DNA of 64,000 nucleotides from an uncultured Eubacteriales bacterium (GTDB lineage: Bacteria; Bacillota; Clostridia; Oscillospirales; CAG-272): contig CAKSZH010000004.1 of the NCBI GenBank assembly GCA_934525675.1, forward strand, positions 91,905-155,904, given 5' to 3'. Every line of letters starts with the position of its first letter. Positions within the stretch are counted from its first letter, which is position 1. The notes beneath the pieces were generated by a model. It was not told the DNA's origin and did not search any database. It saw only the letters and a list, made by a program, of their open reading frames with translations. This document shows positions 26,135 to 34,608 of this stretch, in pieces. The position numbers and the translations under genes are program-made.

Positions 26135-27473
26135 AAAACCGACTCCTTACAAGAAAACGCTTTGCCGCTTCGTATTCGTCGCGGAGCGCCTTTGCTTCTT
26201 CCGATTCTTTGTCGAAGTGCTTTTTTTTCACTGCACGGAGCATGATGTTCTTGGGCGTTTCCTCCGGGTCGATCAGCTCCAGCGCTGCCACCGCGTATCC
26301 TTCGGATTCCAGCAGCTTCAGACGGAGTGCGTCGGTTGCCGCGTCGCAGAATTTCTGGCGGAGCATGGAGTGCTCGGCGATGAAGGAAAGCTCGGGGCAT
26401 TGCAGCGTGTGGTTGAGTTCATGGTGACAGCAGGGCGTGGACAGAATGACTTCCGCCCCCCACGCCACTGCTTTGGCAAGCACGAGATCGGTCGCCGTGT
26501 CGCAGGCGTGCAGGGAAACAACCAGATGCACGTGTTCTTCCGCATCGTATTTCCCGATATCGCCGTGCCGGAACGTCAGTCCGTCAAAGTGCAGTTTTTC
26601 TGCTACGTCGTTGCAGTATGCGATGACATCCGGCTTGAGATCGACGCCCGTCATGCGGACCTCGCGTCCTCTGATGTGCGCGAAATAGTGGTAGACCGCG
26701 AAGGAGAGATAGCTTTTGCCGCAGCAGAGGTCGCAGATGCGGAGCGTGCCGTCTTCCGGTAACTTGTCCTCCACGTCGCGGAGCAGTTCGAGGAAACGGT
26801 TGATCTGACGGAATTTCGCCTGCTTTTTGTCGTATACCCGTCCGTTTTTGTCGGAGACACCGAGCAGCTTCAGAAACGGCTCGTCGCCCGTAAGGATGCG
26901 CGCCTTCTGCCGGTCGTTCCCGTCATAGGAAAGGGAAGATGTCACTCCCGCACGGAGCGCCTTTTCCAGCGCGTCGCCGTGAAGCAGTGTTTCGGTGCCG
27001 GATTTTGAGCGCTTGCGCTCGCAGTTTCCCGCGGTCGTGAGAAGATTGGCTTCGCCAAAACCGGAAACAATCTCCGCGATCCGCTCTTCGCTGCTTCCGT
27101 CCATCGGGATGTTTTCGTGGGTTGCCTTGTTGTCGGAAAGGAAGGTTTCCGCCTGTAAAACCTGCTTTTTACCGATGACTTTGGGCGTGATGACCGTGCG
27201 GACGACCGACTTGTCATCGGGCTTGGACAGCACGGCTTTTTTCAGCGTTTGTTTTGCGGCGGCAAGCAGAACGAGCGATGCAAAGCGCCCGGTCGGCGTG
27301 CCGGCGGGGGCGGTCGGCGCGGTTTTGCCGCAGGGCACGGAGCCGGTTGCGGGGACGGGATTTTCTTTGCCCTGTCCGATCATTTCTGCCTTGTACCCAT
27401 TGTGCTCCGGGGCATCCGGAAGGATTCCTGCCGGTGCTGCGGGGAACACGGTCTGCTCTGTTTTTTTCGTCAT
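26127..27473 (-). CDS. class I SAM-dependent methyltransferase with a long N-terminal extension
   Basis: Motif I-like LRICDLCCGKSYLS and a VSLHACDTATD segment. ATGA overlap with the plsY stop. Confidence 0.7.
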   Translation of the reverse strand: MTKKTEQTVFPAAPAGILPDAPEHNGYKAEMIGQGKENPVPATGSVPCGKTAPTAPAGTPTGRFASLVLLAAAKQTLKKAVLSKPDDKSVVRTVITPKVIGKKQVLQAETFLSDNKATHENIPMDGSSEERIAEIVSGFGEANLLTTAGNCERKRSKSGTETLLHGDALEKALRAGVTSSLSYDGNDRQKARILTGDEPFLKLLGVSDKNGRVYDKKQAKFRQINRFLELLRDVEDKLPEDGTLRICDLCCGKSYLSFAVYHYFAHIRGREVRMTGVDLKPDVIAYCNDVAEKLHFDGLTFRHGDIGKYDAEEHVHLVVSLHACDTATDLVLAKAVAWGAEVILSTPCCHHELNHTLQCPELSFIAEHSMLRQKFCDAATDALRLKLLESEGYAVAALELIDPEETPKNIMLRAVKKKHFDKESEEAKALRDEYEAAKRFLVRSRFYV

Positions 27474-28249
27474 TGGTCAGACTCTCCGTTTCCGGAATCC
27501 TGATCAGACGCCGGCTTTTTGCGGAAGGACAGTTTGGATTCCTCCCCCCGGCGCAGACGCTGAATGTTTCCGCGGTGCATGAAGATGACGAGTGCGGCAA
27601 TGAGAATCGCCATGATGGTGCCGATCCCGACCGACTGCATCCGGACGGCTGCTACCGCCGCGGTACATGCGCCCTTTTCAAGATTCTGATTGATGACCCA
27701 TGTTTCGATCCGGTTGTAGAGAAGCGGATAGATCAGCATGCACATGACCGAACCGAGCGAGACATATTTGGTAAAGGCGATGATGAGGATGAAAATGAGG
27801 AACAGAATTCCCGCCGTCGGAGGGCTGGAAATGAGAATGACCACACCGGTGGAGGCAACGCCCTTGCCGCCCTTGAAGTGGAAATACAGCGGAAAGACGT
27901 GACCGAGAATGACGAAAAGTCCCGCGATGACCTTGCTGCCGCCCGCTACGAAAAACGGGAGGCAGAGATACCCGATGAACACACCGAGCGCCGCCTTTGC
28001 CATGTCGCAGAGGATGGTAATCAGTCCCGCCTTCTTGCCGTAGGTGCGGAGCATATTGGTGCCGCCGGCGTTGCCGCTTCCGTATTCACGGACATCGTGG
28101 TGATACATCTTTTCGGAAAAGATGATGGCAAAGTTCAGGCTGCCGATCAGGTAGGGAACAATGATGGAAAGGAGAATTCCCAAAATCGAGATGGCAAACC
28201 ATCCGAAACTGCCTTCGGCGAAGTTTTCAAGTAATTTCAAGAACAGCAT
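27470..28249 (-). CDS. plsY: glycerol-3-phosphate acyltransferase PlsY
   Basis: Motifs: GSGNAGGTN, HFKGGKGVAS. Multi-TM protein with a charged C-terminal tail. Confidence 0.9.
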   Translation of the reverse strand: MLFLKLLENFAEGSFGWFAISILGILLSIIVPYLIGSLNFAIIFSEKMYHHDVREYGSGNAGGTNMLRTYGKKAGLITILCDMAKAALGVFIGYLCLPFFVAGGSKVIAGLFVILGHVFPLYFHFKGGKGVASTGVVILISSPPTAGILFLIFILIIAFTKYVSLGSVMCMLIYPLLYNRIETWVINQNLEKGACTAAVAAVRMQSVGIGTIMAILIAALVIFMHRGNIQRLRRGEESKLSFRKKPASDQDSGNGESDQ

Positions 28250-28270
28250 GGACAGCGTCTCCTTGTGGTA

Positions 28271-29368
28271 TCAGCAGAGTTCGATCAGTTCCTTGGGGCT
28301 GTGCGTGAAATCGTACAGACTGCCGTCGGGAAGCACGGTTGCCATGTCTTCAATGCGGCAGCCGTATTTGCCGGAGAGGTAGATGCCCGGTTCAAAGGTG
28401 ACCACGTGACCCGGTTCCAGAACCGATGCCTCGTCCGCTCTTGCGGAAAGTCTCGGCGACTCGTGAATGAACATTCCGACGCCGTGACCGAGACTGTGCC
28501 CGAAGGTGCCGGCATACCCCGCGCCGTCGATGATGTTCCGTGCGACGGAATCCAGGTAGCGACAGCCGATACCCGCGTGCGCCGCTTCAATGGCGGAGAG
28601 CTGTGCGTGCTTCACGGTCTCATAGAGCCGTTTCATCTCCGCGTCCGCCTTGCCGATGACGACAGTACGCGTCATATCCGAGCAGTAGCCGTCCACGCGT
28701 GCGCCGAAGTCCATGGTGAGGAACCCCTTTTCCAGCTTGACGGGGCGCGGAACGCCGTGGGGCATGGAGGAAGCGGTTCCGGAAACGGCAATGGTCTCAA
28801 ATGCCGTTCCCTCGGAGCCCATGGAACGCATGAAGAATTCCAGCTCCAGAGCCACGTCCAGTTCGGTGCGGTCGGGGTTGATGTAGCCGAGAATGTGGGT
28901 GAATGCCGCGTCGGTGATCGCCTGCGCGCGCTTCATGATCTCAATTTCGCCCTCGTCCTTGCGCATCCGGAGCGCAACGATCTCGCGCGACGCGCCGGGG
29001 ACCAGCGTGACGGGCAGTTTCCCGAAGGCTTCCCGGAACGCGTCAAGTCCCGCAACGGAAAGCTCCTCTTCTTCAATTGCAACGACCGCTTTGCCGAGGG
29101 GCGCGAGAAGCTCCGCGAGGCACTCCGTCATGGAGCCCTCCGGCATGAGGATCTCAAACTCTTCTTTGTTGACCTTTGCGTTTGCTGCCTCAATGTAGCG
29201 GAAATCGGTAATCAGATACGCCTTGCTCTGAAGCACCAGAACGTATCCGTCGGTGTAGTTGAAGCCGGAGAGATACCGCTGATTGAGCTCGGATGTGACG
29301 AGCACCGCGTCAAAACCGACCTTTTTCATAACGTCCTGTAAACGGGACAGATGAGAAGTGACCATCAT
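28271..29368 (-). CDS. pepP: Xaa-Pro aminopeptidase (M24B)
   Basis: Creatinase-like N-domain plus M24 metal ligands (DFGARVDGYCSDMTRT, HSLGHGVG, EPG, RIED). Start trimmed to ATGATG 29368 from ORF-track 29881. Confidence 0.88.
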   Translation of the reverse strand: MMVTSHLSRLQDVMKKVGFDAVLVTSELNQRYLSGFNYTDGYVLVLQSKAYLITDFRYIEAANAKVNKEEFEILMPEGSMTECLAELLAPLGKAVVAIEEEELSVAGLDAFREAFGKLPVTLVPGASREIVALRMRKDEGEIEIMKRAQAITDAAFTHILGYINPDRTELDVALELEFFMRSMGSEGTAFETIAVSGTASSMPHGVPRPVKLEKGFLTMDFGARVDGYCSDMTRTVVIGKADAEMKRLYETVKHAQLSAIEAAHAGIGCRYLDSVARNIIDGAGYAGTFGHSLGHGVGMFIHESPRLSARADEASVLEPGHVVTFEPGIYLSGKYGCRIEDMATVLPDGSLYDFTHSPKELIELC

Positions 29369-29520
29369 AGTATATAAATACCTTAGCCTTTCCTGGTGGA
29401 TTTTCTGTTTATGAAGATTCCGGAGACGTGCCCGTTCCGGAAAAACGCCTGACCGACCGGGGAATACAAACCCGGCGCTTTCTTTGACAGACCGCGGCAG
29501 GGGTGCGCGGTACAGAAGCG

Positions 29521-30387
29521 TCAGCCCCGTGCGGCAAGCCACATCTCTTTCATGGCAAGCGCGTCCTCCGCCTGTGTTCCGGCGGATTCCGAAATGATAC
29601 GGGGGGACACGCCTTCCTTGACGATCGCCTCGGCGAGCGGCTCGAATTCGGGACCGTACACCGTGTCTGCGAAGGTCAGGTGGCACTTTTCGCCGCCGTC
29701 GGAAAATTCGATTTTCGAGAAGTGGCAGTGCAGATGCTCTGCAACCCCGTCTCCGAGCGCCGTGCCGATGCGGTCGAACACGCGGCGGTAGCTGTCGGAA
29801 TCGGGGAACAGTCCGCCGTGCTCGCGGGCATTCATGTGTCCGAAGTCCACGACGGGGACAAAGCGCGGGCTGACGCGGCATTGTCCGATGACCTCGTCCA
29901 GTGTGCCGAGCTGATTGATTTTGCCCATGGTTTCAATCCCGAGGCGGATGTCCGCGTATTTGTCGCCGATGGACTCCAGCAGTTTCTCAAGCGTGTCGCA
30001 GGACAGGCGCATGGCTTCCTCACGGGAGATTTTGCCCGCGCTGCCGCTGTGAATGACGATGGTGTCCGCGCCGAGCAGGGTTGCCGCGTCGAGCGACTTG
30101 GTGATATAATCAATGCTCTTGAGCCGTTTCTCCGGATCGGTGCCGGACAGGGAAATGAAATAGGGCGTGTGGAAGGACATGAGAATTCCCTCGGCGCGCG
30201 CCGCTTCGCCGATCGCCGAAAGGACTTCCGGCTTTGCGGTGATTCCGCGCCCCGCCTCGTATTCGTAGGCGTCCAGTCCTTTGCTTTTCAGCCACGCGGG
30301 GGCTTCCGCGGTGGATTTGTGTCCCTCGCGGGCAAACAGCTCGCCGTTCCCGCCGGGACCGAATGTCGGATGATCGGGGAAAATCAT
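29521..30387 (-). CDS. TIM-barrel AP endonuclease family 2 protein (endonuclease IV-like)
   Basis: Xylose-isomerase-like barrel with His/Glu/Asp metal-ligand positions (HTPYF, IVIHSG, LGIET, FGH, HCHFS). Confidence 0.65.
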   Translation of the reverse strand: MIFPDHPTFGPGGNGELFAREGHKSTAEAPAWLKSKGLDAYEYEAGRGITAKPEVLSAIGEAARAEGILMSFHTPYFISLSGTDPEKRLKSIDYITKSLDAATLLGADTIVIHSGSAGKISREEAMRLSCDTLEKLLESIGDKYADIRLGIETMGKINQLGTLDEVIGQCRVSPRFVPVVDFGHMNAREHGGLFPDSDSYRRVFDRIGTALGDGVAEHLHCHFSKIEFSDGGEKCHLTFADTVYGPEFEPLAEAIVKEGVSPRIISESAGTQAEDALAMKEMWLAARG

Positions 30388-30550
30388 AATGTATCACCTT
30401 GCTTTCGCCGTGGCGAAAGTGTCCTTTCTTTCGGGGGTACCGGACTCTCGCCGGGTTGCCCGGGCGGGGCGCCCTGTTATCTGCGGACGGGTTCTTGAAA
30501 ACGATGTTTTGCCCGGCTTCGGAAGCTGCCTGCCGTCCTCTGACCGACCG

Positions 30551-31111
30551 TCAGCTGTTCTTTCCGACGATTGCCTTCTGCCAGTCTTCCCGGTAAATAT
30601 CCGGATAGCGGAACTCCGGGTGTTTTTTCATGTATGCGCGGTTGAAGGGACGCTCCAGAAACCGCTTGAAGCGGAAGAACGCATCGGTACGGTCCTTGAT
30701 GGGCGGCACGATAAGGGTGCGTGCACCCGCACGCTTGCCGGCGAGCGCGTCGGTGAGAAGCTGATCGCCGAGTACCGCGGTTTCCTCCGGTGTGACACCG
30801 AGTTCGCGCATGGCAAGCAGCAGTTTTTTCTTCTTCGGCTTTCCGCACTCGGTAAAGAAGGGAAGCCCGATCTTCCGATTAAAACGCTCCACGCGCGGCG
30901 CGTGGTTGTTTGAGAGGATCGCCATGCGGATCCCTGCCTTTTGCATATCTGAAAACCAGTCCAGGTTTTTCTCGTCCGGCTCGGGCTGCTCATAGGGCGC
31001 CAGCGTGTTGTCAATGTCGATGAGCAGGGCGCGGATGCCAATAGAGGAGAGAAACGCGGGCGTCACCTCGCGGTAGGAATAAAACATATAATCCGGGACC
31101 AGCCGTGACAC
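30551..31111 (-). CDS. yqeG: YqeG-family HAD-IIIA phosphatase
   Basis: DIDNTL motif I, SNN and GDQLLTD motifs. GTG 31111 follows an AAGGAGG RBS and restores the conserved N-terminal (M)SRLVPDY. Confidence 0.8.
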   Translation of the reverse strand: MSRLVPDYMFYSYREVTPAFLSSIGIRALLIDIDNTLAPYEQPEPDEKNLDWFSDMQKAGIRMAILSNNHAPRVERFNRKIGLPFFTECGKPKKKKLLLAMRELGVTPEETAVLGDQLLTDALAGKRAGARTLIVPPIKDRTDAFFRFKRFLERPFNRAYMKKHPEFRYPDIYREDWQKAIVGKNS

Positions 31112-31258
31112 GCGCACACCTCCTTTATGTCTTTTCTGCCGAAAAGGCAGATTTGCATACGAATACATCTAATCATATCACAAAAGGGGCGGCAATATCA
31201 AGTATTTTGTGTGAAAAAGCCAAATTTGCGTTCTCCGAAAAAAATATTCGGAATTCTC

Positions 31259-31287
31259 TTGACAAAAATCTTTGGGTATGCTATGAT
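31259..31287 (+). promoter_or_regulatory. sigma-A promoter of the tRNA cluster
   Basis: TTGACA, 17-nt spacer, TGcTATGAT. The -10 hexamer ends 26 nt upstream of the first tRNA. Confidence 0.8.
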
Positions 31288-31313
31288 AGTAAAGCGGTTT
31301 TCAAGACGCATAT

Positions 31314-31387
<74 letters not shown>

Positions 31388-31391
31388 ATAC

Positions 31392-31468
<77 letters not shown>

Positions 31469-31483
31469 CTGTTTTCTTTATAT

Positions 31484-31561
31484 GGTGGGATTAGCGCAGT
31501 TGGTTAGCGCGCCAGGTTGTGGCCCTGGAGGTCATGGGTTCAATTCCCATATCTCACCCCA
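31484..31561 (+). tRNA. tRNA-His (anticodon GUG) with encoded G-1
   Basis: The extra 5' G pairs with discriminator C. Anticodon loop TTGTGGC, GGTTCAATTCC T-arm, encoded CCA. Confidence 0.9.
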
Positions 31562-31564
31562 GTC

Positions 31565-31594
31565 AAAAATCCGAGGTAAAAACCTCGGATTTTT
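31565..31594 (+). terminator. intrinsic terminator of the tRNA cluster
   Basis: AAAAATCCGAGG / 6-nt loop / CCTCGGATTTTT. Confidence 0.85.
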
Positions 31595-31811
31595 GTGTTG
31601 CGTGCACAATTTGAGTACCGCGTTTATGTATAATCTGAACAATTCCGCCGGTGAATTTCACTCGAAAAAGAAGGCTTTCAAATTTTTGTTCCTGATTTTG
31701 TTCCCGATTGAACCCACGAGTGAACCCTCATTTTGCGCCGTTTTTTGCCTCTGTTTTGGCACCCGATTCCGGGGAGAAACCGGCAGCGCTCCCGGTCGCT
31801 TTGCGGGGGAA

Positions 31812-32798
31812 TCACCCCTGTGCCCGTCGGACGTCCGCAAGGTGCTTGCGGAACCCCTCGACTACCGGGGCGGGGGAGAGGATCCGCATTTTGCCGCCGA
31901 AGCCGAACACCCACGAATAGAACTGCGAGCTGACCATCACGCGCTGATGAATTTCAAAGGAATTCTGCTTTTTGATGATCGTCAGATCTTCGCCGAAACG
32001 GTCGATCACCACGCCGATGAGACTGTTGTCGCAGTCAAGCGTTACGATCTCCTGCCTTCCGCCGAACATTCCGAACACCTCGCGGGAGTAGAGCGCCATG
32101 TCGAAATCGTCGAACAGCTCCTTCCCCTCGCGCGGGGTATCCGTCACGGTGATCCGCAGCATTTTGTCCACCCGGTAGTGGTGGATCATTTTTTTCATGT
32201 GGTCATAGGCGACGAGGTAATAATTCTCATTGTCCCATGTGAGTGCAAAGGGACTGACCGTGTACAGCGCTCCGCCGTGCCGGAGAATCTTTTCCTTGTC
32301 CGTGTTCCATTCAAAGTACTGAAAGGTGACCGCGCGGTTGGAGGAAATGGCGCGGTGGAGGTTGTCTACATTATAATACACCTGTTCGTTGTCGGTCTTG
32401 ACCCGCCCCGTGACAAACACCTGCCGGTCAAGCTGACGCGCCTCGTAAGTACTGGTGAATGACGCAATTTTTGCGATCAGCTCGGTACTTTTTTTCTTTG
32501 TGATGAATTTGGAGGACTGTACCGCGTCCACGAGCAACTTAAGCTCGGGGAGCTGGAAGGTACGCTCCGCGATGTAGTACCCGCCGTCCTTGCCGCCGCG
32601 CCGCTCCACGGGGATTCCGAAGGTGCGGAGCGCCTCCATGTCGTCGTACAGGCTCTTGCGCTCCGCGCTGATCCCGAGCGAGGCGAGCGACTCCTGAATT
32701 TCGGCAAGCGTCAGAACGTGCGCGTCGTCGGTACGTTCCTCCAGCATCCGCATGAGGTAGAGGATCTTCAGCTTCTGGTTGGTGGATTTCGGCATCAT
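31812..32798 (-). CDS. WYL-domain transcriptional regulator (wHTH-WYL-WCX; YafY/BrxR/CapW-like architecture)
   Basis: N-terminal wHTH (KLKILYLMRMLEERTDDAHVLTLAEIQESL). Central WYL-type SH3 barrel (AVTFQYF...LYTVSPFALTWDNENYYLVAYD). C-terminal extension domain. Confidence 0.85.
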   Translation of the reverse strand: MMPKSTNQKLKILYLMRMLEERTDDAHVLTLAEIQESLASLGISAERKSLYDDMEALRTFGIPVERRGGKDGGYYIAERTFQLPELKLLVDAVQSSKFITKKKSTELIAKIASFTSTYEARQLDRQVFVTGRVKTDNEQVYYNVDNLHRAISSNRAVTFQYFEWNTDKEKILRHGGALYTVSPFALTWDNENYYLVAYDHMKKMIHHYRVDKMLRITVTDTPREGKELFDDFDMALYSREVFGMFGGRQEIVTLDCDNSLIGVVIDRFGEDLTIIKKQNSFEIHQRVMVSSQFYSWVFGFGGKMRILSPAPVVEGFRKHLADVRRAQG

Positions 32799-32823
32799 TC
32801 GTCACTCCTTTCCGTTCCTCTTC

Positions 32824-32852
32824 ATTTTAACACACTTTTTTCCGAAAGTAAA
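32824..32852 (-). promoter_or_regulatory. candidate promoter of the WYL regulator
   Basis: On the minus strand: TTTACT, 17-nt spacer, TGtTAAAAT, about 25 nt upstream of ATG 32798. Confidence 0.55.
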
Positions 32853-32882
32853 GAGAATTGACCGTTTTATCGGACATATCTC

Positions 32883-32899
32883 CGGGTATACTGTATCCG
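32883..32899. promoter_or_regulatory. imperfect palindrome over the only -10-like hexamer of the divergent cassette (candidate WYL operator)
   Basis: CGGGTATA-c-TGTATCCG (6 of 8 arm positions symmetric) spans TATACT at 32887-32892. No good -35 lies at 17 nt. Confidence 0.3.
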
Positions 32900-32939
32900 T
32901 AACCAAAAGAAAAGAACGGAAAGAAAAGGAGTAAGCGGT

Positions 32940-33152
32940 ATGGTAAACAAAAAAGCGGTACGGAGGAAAAATAAGAAGATTTTGCTGATTGCACTGTCGG
33001 TACTCGGACTGGCGGTTGCGGCAAACCTGGTCGCCGTCGGGTACGGAGTGTCTTTCGGTGCGGGGCTTTTGCTCGTCATCACGGTCGGACTGCTGACGCT
33101 CTGCGTAATCGGCGGGGTGCGCCGGAAGGAGGTGGCATACAATGAGAAATGA
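32940..33152 (+). CDS. 70-aa two-TM membrane microprotein with a basic N-terminus
   Basis: AAGGAG RBS. MVNKKAVRRKNKK followed by two hydrophobic helices. 11-nt overlap with the next gene. Confidence 0.6.
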   Translation: MVNKKAVRRKNKKILLIALSVLGLAVAANLVAVGYGVSFGAGLLLVITVGLLTLCVIGGVRRKEVAYNEK

Positions 33153-33495
33153 TCTCATCTACATATGCTCCCCCTATTCCGGGAACACCGAAGCCAACAC
33201 GCTCCGCGCAAGAGAATACTGCCGTGCGGCGATGGAGGAGGGCTTTTTGCCCGTTGCTCCGCACCTGTATTTTCCGCAGTTTCTGGACGACGGGCTTCCC
33301 GAAGAGCGGGAAACGGGTCTTCGTATCTGCGAGCGTCTGCTTTGCCGTTGCCGGGAGGTCTGGGTGTTCGGCGGGCGGATTTCGGCGGGGATGAAGCGGG
33401 AGATGGCGTGTGCCGAGGCAAACGGCATTCCTGTCCGCTATTTCAACGATGTGAGCAGCGTCCACCCGCGCCTGGACGGGTGCCGGGCAATCTGA
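33142..33495 (+). CDS. nucleoside 2-deoxyribosyltransferase-like (DUF4406/DUF1937-type flavodoxin-fold) protein
   Basis: N-terminus LIYICSPYSG, then PVAPHLYFPQFLDD..EER..GL and a VWVFGGRISAGM segment, as recalled for NDT/Rcl-like small proteins. The exact family needs an HMM. Confidence 0.55.
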   Translation: MRNDLIYICSPYSGNTEANTLRAREYCRAAMEEGFLPVAPHLYFPQFLDDGLPEERETGLRICERLLCRCREVWVFGGRISAGMKREMACAEANGIPVRYFNDVSSVHPRLDGCRAI

Positions 33496-33516
33496 GCCTT
33501 TATCCGGGGAGGCGGC

Positions 33517-33551
33517 AAAAAGGGACTGAAATCGGTCCCTTTTTCTTTTTT
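33517..33551 (+). terminator. intrinsic terminator of the two-gene cassette
   Basis: AAAAAGGGAC / 8-nt loop / GTCCCTTTTTCTTTTTT. Confidence 0.85.
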
Positions 33552-33571
33552 GAAAATATTTCAAATACCTC

Positions 33572-33600
33572 TTGACACACAATACTATGCGTAATATAAT
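33572..33600 (+). promoter_or_regulatory. sigma-A promoter of the padR operon, flanked by a TATGCGT direct repeat
   Basis: TTGACA, 17-nt spacer, TATAAT. TATGCGTAA and TATGCGTCA bracket the -10. Confidence 0.8.
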
Positions 33601-33623
33601 ATTATGCGTCAGGGGGTGACCTC

Positions 33624-33956
33624 ATGGATGTACAACTCAAGCGCGGCATTCTGGATGTCTGTGTGCTCGCGGCGCTTCTGCAGGGAGAGTCCTACGGATA
33701 CCAGATCGTTCAGGACCTTGCAGGGCACGGGATTGAGATCTCGGAATCCACGCTGTATCCGATCCTTCGTCGGCTGGAGTCGGCGGGATGCCTCTCGGAG
33801 GACAGCCGCGCGCACAACGGCAGGCTCCGCAAGTATTACCGGATGACGGACGCCGGCAGGGAAAGAATCAACGGCTTCCTCGAAGAATGGAAAACGGTCA
33901 TGAATGTCTATACTTTTATTGAAACGGAGATGGGAAGCCATGAAGCAGATGAATAA
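33624..33956 (+). CDS. padR: PadR-family transcriptional regulator
   Basis: LDVCVLAALLQGESYGYQIVQDL...STLYPILRRLE...RKYYRMTDAG. Confidence 0.9.
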   Translation: MDVQLKRGILDVCVLAALLQGESYGYQIVQDLAGHGIEISESTLYPILRRLESAGCLSEDSRAHNGRLRKYYRMTDAGRERINGFLEEWKTVMNVYTFIETEMGSHEADE

Positions 33957-34563
33957 GCGGGAGTTTTCGGACGCGCTCCGACGTGAGCTGAACGGGTACC
34001 CGACAGAAGAAGTCGAGCGGTCGGTTTCGTTTTATGAGGAAATGATCGATGACCGCGTGGAAAACGGAATGACGGAGGAAGCGGCGGTCGTGTCGCTCGG
34101 CTCCGTGGAAGAGATTGCAAAGAAAATCCGGGAGGAGATGCCGATCACGGCGATCGTCCGGAGCCGGGTGCAGAATACCTATGAAAAGCAGAAGAAAAAG
34201 ACAGGCGGATCGGCGCTTCCGTGGATCCTCCTTGCCGTGGTGCTCAGCCCGGTCTGGATCCCGCTTGCGATTACTGTGCTTGCTGTCTGGTTTGCGATTC
34301 TCGTTGCGGCGGTTGCTATTGTTGTTGCCGTATTCTGTACCGTGGTCGGATTACTGTTTGCCGCGGGGGCTTGCCTTGTCGCTCTCATCATGGCGGCGGG
34401 GACGGTCGGTCCCGGCGGGACCCTGTTCGGGGTAGGCTCGGTGCTGGTCTGCATCGGTTTGTCCATTCTTTTGTTCTGGGCGGCGATCGGAATCGGGAAA
34501 GCCCTGTATACAGGCATCCGCGCCCTGTTCCGTGCCATCAAGCGCGGGCTGTCGCGCAAATGA
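33940..34563 (+). CDS. DUF1700-family membrane protein (PadR-operon partner)
   Basis: MNKREFSDALRRELNGYPTEEVERSVSFYEEMIDD, followed by TM helices. Overlaps the padR stop. Confidence 0.8.
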   Translation: MKQMNKREFSDALRRELNGYPTEEVERSVSFYEEMIDDRVENGMTEEAAVVSLGSVEEIAKKIREEMPITAIVRSRVQNTYEKQKKKTGGSALPWILLAVVLSPVWIPLAITVLAVWFAILVAAVAIVVAVFCTVVGLLFAAGACLVALIMAAGTVGPGGTLFGVGSVLVCIGLSILLFWAAIGIGKALYTGIRALFRAIKRGLSRK

Positions 34564-34608
34564 CGGGGAAATGCGGTTCTATGATATGACAGAAAGGGAG
34601 AAAATACT

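Noticed and set aside
28271-29881. Long N-terminal extensions offered by the ORF track (also 310-1242, 1458-2483, 9930-10721, 10923-11666, 22475-23326, 41436-42233, 52472-53833, 53742-55163, 55165-56115, 58322-59497)
   Set aside because: The extensions are Arg/Pro/Gly-rich and overlap upstream genes, promoters or terminators. They precede internal starts that have good RBSs and match the conserved protein N-termini. All were trimmed to those internal starts.
31484-33600. Integrated genomic island at tRNA-His
   Set aside because: I looked for an integrase/recombinase gene and a direct repeat of the tRNA-His 3' end downstream and found neither in the window. The WYL cassette is therefore treated as a small accessory locus, not a demonstrable mobile element.
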